NCBI RefSeq assembly: GCF_009914755.1
Contig: NC_060930.1
DNA: 64,000 bases
Strand: one strand, 5' to 3'
From: the human T2T-CHM13v2.0 reference genome, Homo sapiens
Under the pieces are notes generated by a model that made no database searches, was not told the DNA's origin, and was given only the letters and a program-made list of their open reading frames with translations. Of the stretch, positions 40,472 to 55,270 are shown one piece after another. The first letter of the stretch is position 1, and every line of letters starts with the position of its first letter. A program made the position numbers and the translations under genes.

Positions 40472-42114
40472 TAATATTATATCATCCTATGAAAGAAATA
40501 AAATTTTTCTACCTGTAATGTTACTAATGAAAATTGGTAATTTGTATAAAAGGATTTGAATATATCTTTAGTCATATACCACCACATACCATTTGCAATC
40601 ATATGTAAATTTAATCATTCTGTGCCTAAGAATAGAATAAACTCTAGACCATTCTCAGATGTACTCGCCTGGATTACTGCTTCAAGTTGATTAAAAAGTT
40701 GGTGCTATTGCTACCTAGTTAAGAGACTGAGAGATACATTATCTTTTCATTTACTGACAATTCCATTTATTGGCCTCAAACTGTCCCTATGACCTTGTAA
40801 CTGATCTTGTAACTATTAGGGTTACTGTTACAAAGAAGAGAAATCAGGTTCCTGGTTTAAAAGAAAAGAAATCAATTCTGGTTAATTTAAGCAGAAATGA
40901 GTTTTACTATAGGGATGTAGGACTACTCAAAGTTGTTCAGGAAAATTGGAGGTCAGGCTTCCCAAACAGGCAGGAACCAAGCAAAGACAGGCAGAAAAGG
41001 ATCAGAGCCTCAAGTGAGGTTACTTTGCAAGATCAATCTGGTCATAGCAGCCATTAATTCCACTGACCACAGCACTGTAAGACACCACTGCCACTGTGCA
41101 TTACTGCAGAAACCACTAGATGTCATTGCATTCACTGTTGTCCACTACAACCTGGACTAAATTTGAAATTGTCGCTTTAGCTTTATATTCATAACCCAAA
41201 TTAACATCTCTTGCAGAAGCATTCGATCTGCTGAGCCAATATCACCTGCCCATACACCTCGAATGCCATGGCCTGGAGGAAGGAAAGTTCATCCTCTTTT
41301 GGCTTGTATACTAGGAGCTGGGGTTCTGGATTCCAACAAGATTCTAGGAGTGGAGTATTTCTTAAAATACAAAAGGAGTTTGGAAGATTGACAGCCATAA
41401 AAAAGGCATATTTCTACCACTCCCCACCTCTACCTGGCAATACACATGTGAAAAGAGTGATAACTCTATTCATTAGTGGAGTTTGCAGAGGGGGTATACA
41501 TTCTATTGATAATGAATTTGTAGAATCAACTTCAAATATGAACCACACACAAAGTTATCATTAATTAATTTGGAATAATGGACTGAGGGATCAGGTAAAA
41601 TTTCTGTTTTGTCATTTTGATAACTGTGACCAAGACAGGTCATGAAAACATATACTAAGAGCCTTACACATAAGCAATGAATTACAGTTGCCAACATAGT
41701 TTGACTTGATGGGTAAAAGATTTGATGACTACAAATTTGACATTATTTCTAATGAATAGCAACAGATTTACAACATATCAATATTTATGGGATGTAAGTA
41801 AAGCAGGAGTTAGATGGAGTTTTATAATTTCAAATTGTTATACTAGAAAATAAGAATAATTTAAAACCATAAACTTGTTTCCATTTCAGGAATCCCATAA
41901 AAGAGCTAATTAGTAGAGCAAAGAAAATTTAAAAAGTAAGAGGTGAGGACTATAAAATAGAAAGCAAACAATGTGGATAATTTTAAGGGCCCCAAAACTG
42001 GTTTGTAGAAAATATTCATTAATATAATTCATCATATTAACTGAACATAAAATGGGACAAAATCATCTCGTAGATGCAGAAATTATTTTACAAAAGTCAA
42101 CAACCTTCATAATT

Positions 42115-42412
42115 CTTTTTTTTAAGAGACTTTTATTAAGAGGCCTTGCTCCTTTTTCCAGGCTACAGTGTAGTGGCCAATCACAGCTGACTGCATCCTC
42201 AAATTACAGGCTCAAGGGATCCTCATCCTCCTGAGTAGCTAGGGACCAAAGACAGCCACCACCATGCTTGACCAAATTCTTGTTGTTTTCTTTGTAGACA
42301 TAGAGTCTCACTATCTTGTCTAGGCTGGTCTCAAACTTCTGGCCTCAAGCTATCCTTCCACTTTGGTCTCTCAAAGTACTGGGATTATAGGCATGAGCCA
42401 CCATGCCAGGCC
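42115..42412 (-). mobile_element. AluJ (diverged)
   Basis: Reverse Alu; TSD-like ttcataa. Confidence 0.88.
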
Positions 42413-43795
42413 CATTCATAACTTTTAAAAAGTATTCACTAAGTTAGTAATTGATGAGACAAACAAATCATAAAGAAAAATATTTATTAAACATATGAAA
42501 AAGTGCTCAACATCACTAGTTGTTAGGAAAATTCAAGTGAAAACCACAGTGAGCTACCACTACACATTCGCTAAAATGGCTAAAATTAAAAAGACTAGCC
42601 ATACCAAATGTTAGTGAGGATGTAGAGGAATTGGAACTCTAATAATGTTGTGATGGGAATGTTGTGATATAGCCACTATGGAAAACAGTTTGGCAGTTCT
42701 ATATAAAGTTAACACACACTTACCATATTACCCAGCAATTCTACTCCTAGGTATTTACCCAGAGATAAATGAAAATATTTGTTCACACAAAGACTTTTAC
42801 ACAAATGTCCACAGCAGCTTTATGCACAATAGCCTAACATTGGAAACAACCTAATCAACCATCATTAAGACAAGGAATAAATAAACTGACATTTCATACA
42901 ATGGAATACTGCTAAGTCATTAAAAGGCACAAATTACTGATACATGCAACAACATATGAATCTCAAACATACTCATGAAAGAGACAGAGAAAAAAAACAT
43001 GGTGTGTGTGTGTGTGTGTGTGTCACATGATTCCAGTTACATAAAGTTCTTAAATAGGCAAAACAAATGTAAGGTGAAAAAAATCAGAAGAGTAGTTTCC
43101 TTAGGGTTTTGAAGAGTTTTCTTATTTCTAAGAAGGGAAATTAGAAAACTTTCTGGTAAAGGATACATTCTCTAACTTGTTAGGGAAGAGCTACATGGGT
43201 ATGTGCATTTTTCAGATCTCATTGAATTGTATCCTTATGATCTGTACATTTTAACTTATGTGCATTTTATCTCAAAAATAAAACTTTAACAAATATTAAA
43301 TTCTAGTTATTAGGTATGTTTTTGTAGCTTATCAATTCTGAAACTTCCTTTTGTGTGGTCTAGCTTGACAAAATAAACAAATATATTGAAGGTAATTGTA
43401 GTGAGGTTTGTCATTTATAAACACATACATATATATTTTCAAGTCCTATTCACTGACAGGGCATAGAAGCAATGATACACCAGCAGCAATTGCCTGCCTA
43501 CTCCCCAGATCTTGGTCTCTAAAGACTATTTTCCAGTAAAGGGAACCAGAACTCCTAAGATAAAAATAGTCGATACTAATGCTGGGCCAGGGGAAATCCA
43601 AGGTAAACTTGGAAACTCTTCTTGTGACAGAAAGCAAGGAAGTAAGGAATAAGGGGACATTTAAAATAAATATCTGAGTCACCTTAAAAAGACTTCCACT
43701 GGCCAAATCTGGGACAATTCAACCACGCAAATAAATATTGATTGTAATAGATTATTACCTTGTGATATTCACCGGATTATTACCTGATGAGTAAA

Positions 43796-45071
43796 ATTCT
43801 GGATTTTGACCTGGGCAAAGAATTTAAAGCTAAGACCTTAAAAGCAACTGCAATAAAAAAAACATTGACAATTAGGACTTAATTAAAGTAAAGATATCTG
43901 CCCAGCAAAAGAAACTATCAACAGAGTAAACAGATAACCTACAGAATGGTAGAAAATATTTGCACACTATGCCTCTGAGAAAGGACTAATATCCAGAATC
44001 CACAAGAGACTAAAACAAGTCAACAAGAAAAAAGACAACCTCATTAAAAAGTGCACAGAGGACATGAACAGACACTACTCAAAAAATACAAAAAATTAGC
44101 CAGGCATGGTGGCAGGCACCTGTAGTCCCAGCTACTCGGGAGGCTGAGGCAGGAGAATGGCGTGAACCCCGGAGGCGGAGCTTGCTTGCAGTGAGCAGAG
44201 ATCACGCCACCACACTCCAGCCCGGGTAACAGAGCGAGACTCCATCTCAAAAAAAAAAAAAAAAAAAAAAAAAAGAACACATAAATAGGCAAACAGAAAA
44301 AATGCTCAACCTCACTAATCATCAGAGAAATGCAAATTAAAATCACAGTGATGTGCCATTTCACACCAGTCAGAATGACTATTATAAAAAAAAGTCAAAA
44401 ACATAACAGATGCAAATGAGAATGTGGAGAAAAAGGAATGCTCATACACAATTGGTAGAAATGTAAACTAGTTTAGCCTCTACGGAAAGCAGAATGGAGA
44501 TTTCTCAGAGAACTAAAAATAGAACTGCTATTCAAACCCAGCAATCCCACTACTCAGTATCTATCCATGGGAAAGGAAATCCTTCTACCAAAAACACACC
44601 TGAACTAGTATGTCACAACGCTATTTGCAATAACATAGACATGGAATCAACCTAGGTTCCCATCACTAGTGGACTAGATAAAGGAAATGTGGTACATCCA
44701 CACCATGGAATACTATGCAGTCATTAAAAAGAATGAAATGATGTCCTTTGCAGCAACATGGATGCAGCTGGAAGCTGTTATTCTAAGTGAATTAACACAG
44801 AAACAGAAAATCAATTGTCACATGTTTTTACTTATAAATGGTAGCTAAATGATGGGTACAAACGGACATGAAAATGGAAACAATAGACAATGGAGACTCC
44901 AAAATGGGAAAGGAAAGGGTCAAGGGTTGAAAAACTAACTATTGGGTACTATCTTCATTATTTTGGTGATACGTTCAGTAGAAGCCTAAACCCCAGCCTT
45001 ACACAATATATCCATCTAACAAACCAGCACATGTCCCCCCAACAAATCTATTTTTTTTTTTAAAAAAAAAA
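43796..45071 (+). mobile_element. 5'-truncated L1PA16/17-like element
   Basis: ORF2 end and 3'UTR aaaactaactattgggtactat..aacaaaccagcacatgtcccc; A tail. Confidence 0.88.
44081..44274 (+). mobile_element. AluY right arm (5'-truncated)
   Basis: ggagaatggcgtgaaccc..ggcggagcttgc; long poly(A). Confidence 0.92.
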
Positions 45072-46193
45072 GCATACTTACGTTTACCTTTTATTGCTGA
45101 ATTTCTGTTCTTGGCTTCTTAGAGGTTAATAGATTTTTAACAAATGTTCCAGTAACATAATACAGTTTCACTTTGAAAGGTGTTTTTTTCTCAAATGCTT
45201 CCATTGACTGAAAAAAAACAGTTAATGATGAATCTTATAAGAAACAAGCTTACATTTACCTATATCATTGTCTCTCTCTATTGGCCTATTAGTGCCCAAT
45301 GAAGGAAAAAAACATTCTTTAAAAAGAAAAAGAATCCATAACTCTATGTTGACATAAAGAAATAGATGAATATATAAATAAATGGGAGAAGGGGAGTGCA
45401 CTCCTTAAGGTGGAATGCAAATGATAAGAAAAATGAACAAAAAATGATGGAGTTAGAAATCAATGTGTGGATATCACATTTAGTAGATAAAAGTTTAATG
45501 AAGAGGATATTTATGTAGCCTCAAAGTATCTCTCCACAAGTACCTAATAATTAGGAAGGGAAAATAATGGTTCTACCACCATGGAGAAACCTCATGGACA
45601 CCACTTCATTAGTTTTGAGTGATCAAAACTAATAATATTAGTGCAGTCTGAATCATGTGCACTCCAGTATGGGCCACTGAGAAGGATAAAATATCACTTC
45701 AGTGGAATTGCTGACAAAAATCCATAACCTGAAACTAACAATGATGAAACAGCAGATCAATTGAGGGACATTCTATGAAATAACTGATCTATACTCTCAG
45801 AAATTTAAAGCCAAAAGACTAAGTATGACTGAGGATCTGTTCTGAGTTAAAGGATACCAAAGAGACTTGAAAAATAAATGCAATCTATGCTCTTGGTTTT
45901 GATTTTGAATGGGGACAAAACAAGGAAATGTCCTAATTTTGATAATTATACTGTCAATACATAAGATAATTAACAGGTTATTAGGAAACACACAGTAAAT
46001 TATTTAGGAGTAAAAATTCATGATGTCTCCAATTTACTTTCAAATGATTAAGAAAAAATAATTTGCAAGTACATAGAGAAAAAGTGTGAAAAATGTAAAC
46101 AATTGGTGAGTCTGAATATAGGTTACATGGGTATTCCTAGTTCCTTGGGCTATTCTTGAACCTTTTCTGTAACTTTGAAAGTATATCAAAATA

Positions 46194-46678
<485 letters not shown>

Positions 46679-47529
46679 CTAGGAAAAGTCCCGAAGGTAA
46701 TACATGCCTTCATCTCACAGCATGTGATAACCTGGTTCTATCTTGTTTGATTGCAAGAATAAGGGTAGGGAAGCAAGAATAGGACTGATTATTCTTTTGC
46801 CTTAGGGGAAAAATATTTTATTGTTGGTGAAATATCTTGATTCATTTTTTATGAATGATAAAGAAAATTTTTCTAAGGTGGCTGTATATTTGTAAGCCTA
46901 GAGCTATTCTGAAGACTCAAAATGCATGCAACATTTTGAGCACTGTCTTTTATTAAGTGCATGAGGTTTAAGCATTCTGTTTAAGGAGATCAAGATTCTT
47001 TTTGTTTGAGAAGAAAAGGGACTGAGTTTGCTGGGTGTGGGATCCCAGGACACTTGCATCCTTTCCCTCGCCAGGGTATTTTGTCTTCTATTTATATATT
47101 GTGGTTCATAGCCTTTATGTGATGTTACATAATTTTCTTTAGCCACTAATAAATCCTAATTAAAATTCAACCCTTAAAGGCAGTATTTAAAATAAAGTCA
47201 CATTGGGAATGAAATGTATCTTTCAGATATGCTCTCAGTAACTGAAAAAATTGTAACAGTAAATTATCCGTTCTTCTTCAGATTTGTTATACTTGCAAGA
47301 AGTAATACTTTCTGTCATTCACAGGATAGAAAATGTCTAATATATAAACTTATTGTAGCAAGACACATACATTGTCATGCCATTAGCTCAGGCTAGTGCC
47401 TGGTGGGATGAAAGACACTCTCATTCAAAGTCTATTTTTTTATTGTTGATTGAAGATTTTTAAAGCAAAGCAGTTAATTCTCATTACATTAAAAATTTGT
47501 TTTTATTAGACAACTTATAATTATCTTTT

Positions 47530-47640
47530 ATCTCTCTGATCTCAGATTCCCCATTTAAAATGGAAATTGTGAATGTTAAATGAACTAATATGCATAAAGT
47601 CCTTAGCACAGTGTCTGGCACATAAGTGCTCAATAGATGA
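47530..47640 (+). mobile_element. MIR 3' half
   Basis: cttagcacagtgtctggcacataagtgctcaata. Confidence 0.75.
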
Positions 47641-48008
47641 TATTCATAAATATAGATTATTTTATATTATAAATGTTCAAGTTAAAAATACCATATTGAA
47701 CACGTTTATCCACTCAGAGATTAAGAAATAAAATATCTCAGAAAACGAGACAATAGTGCAGCAAAAACATGTTGACAGATACAACTCCAGGCTAGTGGCA
47801 TGCAGAGAAGGATGCTAACAAAAAATGAGCAGGCTTCCACTACCAGCCCCTATAGAACCCTAGCCAAGCCCATGGCTTAGCAGCATTTGATGCACAGAAG
47901 GGCAGAAAACTAGAGAAGAAAACAGGTGTGAGTGTGTATTGGAACGGGGTGAGTAGAGGAAGAAGATGCATGATAGATTGAAATTCAACATCATTGGTAT
48001 ATGAAGCA

Positions 48009-48384
48009 TGATATGGTTTGGCTCACTGTCCCCATCAAAATCTCATCAAATTGTAATTCCTGGTGTTGGAGGAAGGGTCTGGTGGAAGGTGATTGAATCA
48101 TAGGAGCAGACATCTCCCTTGCTGTTCTTGTGATAGAATTCTCATGAGATATGGTTGTTTGAAAGTGTGTAGCACCTCCCCCTTCTCTCTCTCTCTCCTG
48201 CTGGCCATGTGAAGATGTGCTTACTTCCCCTTTGTCCTTCTGGCATGATTGTAAGTTTCCTGAGGGCTCCCCAGAAGCAGAGCCTGTACAGTGCACAGAA
48301 CCATGAGCTGATTAAAGCTCCTTTCTTTATAAATTACCCAACCTCAGGTATGTCTTTACAGAAGTGTGAGAATGGACTAAAACA
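48009..48384 (+). mobile_element. MSTA-like MaLR solo LTR
   Basis: tgatatggtttggctc ... gagaatggactaaaaca; TSD aagca/aggca. Confidence 0.9.
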
Positions 48385-48699
48385 AGGCACACAGTAGAGT
48401 AAGAATGAAGCACACAATTGAAAATGAGAGTAATTATTGAGCTACTCTGCAAAACAGACTGATCCCAATACCTCTACCCCACCCTGCACAAATTACTAAA
48501 AGCCAGTGGTAGAAGACTGTAGAATCTATTTTTTCTGAAAAAATTAAACAATGCCTCCCTATACTGACATTTGGAGCCTGTGTGATCAGCCATTATTCAG
48601 ACCAATTTTACAAGAGTAAGGAGTACTATTTGCAAGTACTGGCAATCACAGAACTTCCAGTCAAAATGTGAGCACTTCAGTGTTAAATGAGAAAGGGAG

Positions 48700-49470
48700 A
48701 AGTCAGTAAGCAAACCAAGAAAATAAATCCAGAGGAAAGATAATGCAGGAAATGCAAGAGCATTTCAAAATTAAAACCAAAATGCAAATGAACACATCAG
48801 GGAGATGGAAGTTTTTGCATCAATAAAAATGGATGATATTTATAAGGAAGAATTCTTAGTAGTTAAAATAACATAGTTGAAACAAAGATCTCTACAGAAG
48901 CTTGGAAGTAAACAAAATGTCAAGAAGATAAAAAATGTGAGATAAAAGCTAAGGACTGAGAGCATAAAACCAAGTGCTCAAATAACTAATTAATCTGAAT
49001 TCTATAAAGAGAATAGAAGGGAAGTCATGGAGATAAAGATATCTTTTAAAAAGAGACTTTTTCAGAACTAGAGTACACATTTCCAAATTGAAAGAACTCA
49101 AAAAGTACCAGCACATTTAATTTTTTAAATATCCAAAACAAAGCATATTGTCATGACATTTCAGAGCACTATGTTAAAGAGACAAACCCAAACAATTAAG
49201 GAAGAAGGAGAGAGGTGTCACATCCAAAGAAGGAAAATCAGAACAATACTGGGCTTTTCATCAACAGCACTGGCTGATTCAGGAGAAAATGATTTTTAAC
49301 CCAGAATTTTCTCATTTACAAATGAGAATGCAATAAAGATACTTTTAGATATGCAAAGAGTCACAAAATTTTTCTCCCTTTCTTAGCTGCTAGGAAGGTG
49401 TACAGAATAGAAAAAACATTCCATACAGGCCTTAGTGCCAGAATCTTGCAAATCAACTGTTTTCTTACAA
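48700..49470 (+). mobile_element. Old L1M ORF1-region fragment
   Basis: gcatattgtcatgacatttcaga..gaaaatgatttttaacccagaatt..aataaagatacttttagatatgcaa. Confidence 0.55.
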
Positions 49471-49630
49471 CTTAAATAATAGGAAGCTGATTTGAGTAAT
49501 AATAAAAGTCCAATCTCCTGCACAGCTAGCCCTGCATGAATTACTCTTTCTCTACTGAAATTCCCCTGTCTTGATAAATAGGCTCTGTCTAGGCAGCGGT
49601 CAAGGTGAACCCACTGGGCAGTTACAGATT

Positions 49631-49648
49631 CGGAGGCTTGTCCAGGAT
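49631..49648 (+). other. tRNA-Pro primer binding site (degenerate)
   Basis: cggaggcttgtccaggat versus TGGGGGCTCGTCCGGGAT: 14/18 match, two differences are CpG decay; lies 4 nt after the LTR CA. Confidence 0.8.
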
Positions 49649-50779
49649 TGCCCTTGTGGCTACCTACCTGTGATGTGGTAGCCTCTCTCTGGTGATGTAT
49701 CCAGAGGCCAGCTCAAGTGGCTGCCTAGTTCTCTTGGACTGGGAGATAATTCTGGTACTCTCTCTACTGGTGGAGCACTGCTGACCCAATGTGGATGGAT
49801 TTAATTGCAATAGAAAAGTATTCCTGGGGAGACATCCCTTAACTGTAGGCCTATCACATTATATCTGTCTGTAGTCCCATTGCAGGGTGTCTGGGTTGGT
49901 GAGCATTCTAGGTGCTATCAATGTCTCCTTTCTTCTCCTGACTTGTTCTGTAGACCCATGGTGGGGTGTCCGTTTGTAGCTCCACCATGGTGTTTCTGTC
50001 TCAGTTTGGCTCCTTTGTTGGGTCCAACTTGGATCTCCCTAAGTAATAGGAAGACTCTTGCTTTGGGAGACTTCTCTTCAATCAGGAAGATTTTAGGGAG
50101 ATTTATTAGATGAACAATAGGAGTATAGTTTGGAAGGGATTCTCTTGGAATTCTTAGTTAGGGATCTTGATTCAGAAGGCCTTCTGTACATCTCATCTTT
50201 GTGTGTGTTTGTATATGCGGGGGGGATGTAAGAAGGAATTGCTGACAAAAGTCCAGCACCCCTAACTCAGAGAACCCTCCTTACTTGTATGGTTACATTC
50301 AGTGAGCCCTGAAGAAAGCTCAACATGCCAAGGAAGTTCTTGGGATGACTATCTGATCTTCGCCTTGGCCAGAGACCATCCATTGTGAATTACTCTTTGG
50401 AGGCCATCCCTACCCACATGGAGTGGATCAAAGACAACAGGGATTAATGGGAGAAAGTCCAAGCTTTGTGAAGTTGAATACTGGGTGCTGAACAAAGTGA
50501 CTAGTGTCTGTTTTGTTATGTGTATTTTGCTTGGATGGAAAATGTTAATTTGGTTCCCCATGCAGCCCTTTGGGCAGCATCTTGCAAAATTAAGAATCTC
50601 TTGCCTATGGTTCCATGAAACAGAAAAGGATAATTTTCTTTTGTAATGTGGCTTGACCCCCATAGCTCTGGCACAGCAAGCAGGGTCATCTGTTCTTCTG
50701 GGAGCTGCAGAGAAAGGGAACCTGGAAATCTGGAATGCCAGCAAAAAGGGTAAGAAATTCTTACCACCCAAGTTTCTGG

Positions 50780-50781
50780 TC

Positions 50782-50843
<62 letters not shown>

Positions 50844-50854
50844 TGTGCGTGTGT
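50780..50854. repeat. Compound (CT)n(GT)n microsatellite
   Basis: Read directly; inside the ERV internal region. Confidence 0.95.
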
Positions 50855-51669
50855 AAATGGTAAATGTCACTGTTCGTCTCCTCCGCAAGGATATGATTAA
50901 TAGAAAACAAAATTTGTGAGACTAGTTTTAGGCTGTAGCAAATCTAGTGCACTTTGTGCTAAAAATTTGTCTTTCTGTAATGGAGAGAGGGTTATCCCAG
51001 GATAGAATGAGGGTTTAGGACCTCTATAAGCCTGCTTTTCAAGCCAGCCCAGCAAACTGGTCAGTTACAAACTTTGCTGCAGGTCCCTGAAACCAATACC
51101 AAATGAAATTTTTCTGTCTTGTTTTGTGTCCTTAAGAGCTTAACCTTGTAACCATGTAGGGATACTATCTCTTGATTTCTCCCATCCAGAGGACAGGAAT
51201 TTTAGGACACATGTCACAATTAACCCTAAAAATTATCTTGAGCACTTAAGAGTCTTTGCAAGCTTGAAATTGGCTGCTCTTCTGGGAATAGCAATAGAAA
51301 CTGCTCAATGCTGTCTAGCTCAGTAGCTAAACAGCTCAGTAGCCTCTGGTTGTTTATGTAACTTTGCCATTTATTGAGTGTTCCCCTCGCCCACCCCCGC
51401 CATTAATAGCTTCTGATTTCCTGTCTTGGGTTTTCCTCCCTCTGAACTACCTTTGGGGATATTCTAATTTTTGTAAAGAAAAAAAAACTGCTTACCATCT
51501 ATTTGAGACAGTTTATGCATCCATCGTTAAGTCATAGCCTTTGTTAAAACCTACTCATTTTGCATGGGAGGTTATCTGTGGTAAAGTTAAAAAGCCAGAA
51601 ATATTGACTCTCTGTCCTAACTAGAGTCTGGTAATAAGAGATTTAAAAGGATTTTTTTTCTAAAAAGCT

Positions 51670-52033
51670 TGTATTAGTTTATTCTCACACTGCTAAAAAG
51701 ATATACCTGATACTGGATAATTTATGGGTTAAAAAAGGTTTAATTGACTCACAGTTCCACATGGCTGGGGAGGCCTCACAATCATGGCAGATGGCAAAAG
51801 AGGAGCAAGGTCACGTCTTACATGGCAGCAGGCAAGAGAGCATGTGTAGGGAACTCTTCTTTTATAAAACCATCAGATCTCATAAGACTTATTCACTATC
51901 ATGAGAACAGCATGGGAAAGACCCACCTCCATGATTCAATTACCTCCCACCACAGCCCTCCCATGACACATGGGAATTATGGGAGCTACAATTCAAGATG
52001 AGATTTGGGTGGGTACATAGCAAAACCATATCA
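51670..52033 (-). mobile_element. THE1 solo LTR nested in the ERV internal region
   Basis: tgtattagt...aaaccatatca; TSD aagct/gaact. Confidence 0.92.
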
Positions 52034-55000
52034 GAACTCTATGGTTAAAATCAGCTTAATTAAAAACAGATATCCAAGCTACATGTATTTAAGAGGGCTT
52101 TATCTTTTTTTATCTTCTTGAATCGTGTTTTCCTGAAAAAAATTTTCTTCTCAGTGGACTGAATTGTTTTTCTCCATTTTGTCATCTTGCCACTCTTGAT
52201 GTAAACATGAGAGAACCTATGATAAATTCTAACAGCTTGGGGACTTCTGGCCAAAAGCAGAGGAGTCTACACAGACCCCATTCTGGGGAAAAACAACAAC
52301 AACTACAAAACCTGTTTTCTTCATGGAACCCCAGGAATTAGAAACAAAAATAGGTCCCTCTCAAAATCTAAGGCTCTGTTCTGTTTTGCACTGCATTATC
52401 TGATTTTTTTTTTTTACTTTGGGGAGTATCAAAAATTACTTTGCATTATGGGAGAGCTTTAGCCTTGGTGTGTAATAGCTAGGTAAAAAAAAACATATAC
52501 TCTAAAAAATGGCTAGTGTCAGTTATAAAGAGATACTTAGATCTTTGCATGCTTGGATCAGAGAAGCATGCTCTTGACCACCTGGAAGATACAGAAACAT
52601 CCCCAAACCCCACTGAGAGATGAGACTCCCATGGGGGATGGGCTGATTACAAAATGGGCTGATTGTCTTTGGGTTGCCTCGCAATTAAATGTATGATAGA
52701 AGCATTGCACTATCTTCTCCCATAGTATTTCCCTTCTTTGGGGGGATCCAGGATTCAGTATAAAATGGCACACTTAATTTTGGGGATCTGTCTTTGCCTT
52801 CCAGGTGTACCTGCTTATTAGGCCCTAGAAACTGCATATATTCCTGGCCCTGCTCCTCCAAGGGCTCCACCCTGAAACTAGTAATCCAATTAAGAAACTG
52901 GCAAATAAAAAATCTTACAAGTGCTGAATCTTCTGTCTGTCTGTCTATGTATTTATATATGTTGTATGTGTGATGTTTATATTTTAAAAGCTCTGATTAA
53001 TTGGCTTAGAAAAATAAACATTTAAATCAAATATTTTGTCTGACTAATAGAAACTTTAATGCCTTTTTTCACATGACTTTAATAATCTTTTGGAAATAAA
53101 GACAGTTTTAAAGATCATTGGTAAAATAAAAATGTCTTCAAAATGTAGACATTCGGTCTAAATTTAAGGTTAGATATCAGATGTTCTAAATGCTTCAAGG
53201 TCATAAATTGCTTCTTTGACTTTTGAAAATTGTTCAATGTATCTACCTTGGAGCATGCATTAGATTATAGATAAGGCCTGGGGACATATGGAGAGCCATG
53301 CCCCCTAGCCATGCTACAAAAAATCAGACACTTCTGTCTGATGTCCTAGGCTCCACACCTAATACATAATTAAAATCACTTACTTATCAGGTTTTTCATC
53401 AAAAATAAAGGATGCTAAGAGTAAACATTCTAACATGTAATTGAGACTACTGGAGAAACCATTTTATGTATAAGGTTGCAAGGTACAGAAGGAAAGCAGA
53501 ATGTAATCTTGGTGGGAGATTATAAGAAGGTATGGGAATATGGTTTTTGTTAAAGATAATGTAATTTTGTCTAGTTCAGAGAGTTTTTATAGATTCTCTT
53601 AACCTAAAAGAATAATGGGACAAAACTGAAGGTTGAAGCAAGTTGAAAAGGATTTGTAACGGGTTGATCTTGTAAAAAAAAAAAAAGTTCTGTGGGTATA
53701 AACAACTTGGCTAAGATTTGAAGGATATTATTTAGCTTTTCTCCATTTGTTAAAACATTAAAATCATGCTGATGTGGGGCCAGAATCTGGGCCCGTGTGT
53801 CTGGATCCATCAATTTTCTAAGGAACAGGGTTTGTTTCTGCTGTTTAATGGAAAATTGTAAAGGATTCTAAAGAGTTTATGAAAATCTTATATTATGGTC
53901 AAACTAAAACTGGATATATTTATAAAATTTTATTAAAAACTAGCATTATTACTAAAGATGCACTATTGCAAACATGGAATTTGGTTTTTCCTTTTGAAAA
54001 AGATTTTTATGTAACATTGAAAGACAATGAAATATTTTTGTTTGCCTTTTAAGTAAGCTACAAAAAATGGGAAAAGGAGAGAGAGAAGAGACAGATTCAG
54101 TTGGCCTCATACTATTGTCATCAGGTCTTGTTGTTTGGAAAGTTAAGTCCTCTATCAGAGTAAAGGTTTTTCTTTTTAAAAAATTTTTGGGTTATCATTT
54201 TGGCCAAATGAATGACTTATGGTGACCTGAGATTCTATTTTGTAATATCCAGTGTCTTAAACTTTTGCTATTTGACAAACTTTCCAAAATCAAATTATAA
54301 ATTATGTCTATTTCTAAGCTAATCTGTTCAATATTAGGTCCTCTAAAGTCCAAAAATGACATTTGGCTTATTTGGTACAGAAATCATACAGGAAGCATTG
54401 CCAAATATGAAAGGTGTTTGGCTTTCTTTAGACTATATTTGTGTAAATGTATTATTGGTATATGTTCCAAAATTATGTGAAACTCCTATAATTCTGATAT
54501 GATTTAGTATATGTTATCAGCAATCATTATAATTGTTATGCTAAATTATTGTGTGCCACAGAAGTAACAAATTTTCTTATTGTGTCTTTAACTGTGGCTG
54601 CCCTAAGGCTTTTTGTCATTCATAGGCAATTGTTTTATTGTGACCCTCTTCAAATGGTGGTCTTATAATCAGCTATTAAACTTTTACAGGTGTTTTTGAA
54701 TGGAAGTTTCTGATAACTTTGGAGATTATGACATTAGAATAAAGGAAAAAAACTTACAGGACTCCTATGAAGAGCTGAAATGTTCATGAATATCAAGCAG
54801 AACAGGATTTAGCTGAATGGACTGAACTAATAGAAAACTGAAGTAATATTTTTTGAATATTTTGCTTAAAACATTGCTGATCCTTTTTGTTTTCCAGAGT
54901 CAAGAAAACTTTTCTTTTGAGCTATTTACAACTTTTAACAATTGAGTAAAATATACGTCTGTGAACAAAATTTGGAGCATATTTGTTTCTCTACCTGATT

Positions 55001-55270
55001 TCTCCAGAACTTGGAAACTATTTACACTGCACTTGATGGATCAGCTGCCACCATCTAGATTGATAAACTGGCTCATCTGATATTGTGGTCACCCACCCAG
55101 GAACTGACTCAGTGCCAGAGGAGAGCTTCCACTTCCTATGATTTCATCTCCAGCCCAACCAGTCAGCACTCTTGATTCACTGGTATTCCCTCATCCACCA
55201 AATTATCTTTAAAAACTCTGATCCCCAACTGCCTAGGAAGACTCATTTGAGTAATAACAAAACTCTGGTC

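Larger units (their letters stand above)
42470..46190 (+). mobile_element. Old L1MC/MD-type 3' region (host of a younger L1 insertion)
   Basis: catatgaaaaagtgctcaacatcactag..ccagcaattctactcctaggtatttaccc; gggaaccagaactcc; host resumes near 45330. Confidence 0.7.

Noticed and set aside
50349-50888. Longest ORF (179 aa, minus strand)
   Set aside because: Antisense to ERV internal sequence and runs through a (CT)n(GT)n microsatellite (THTHT/ERERE); not a gene
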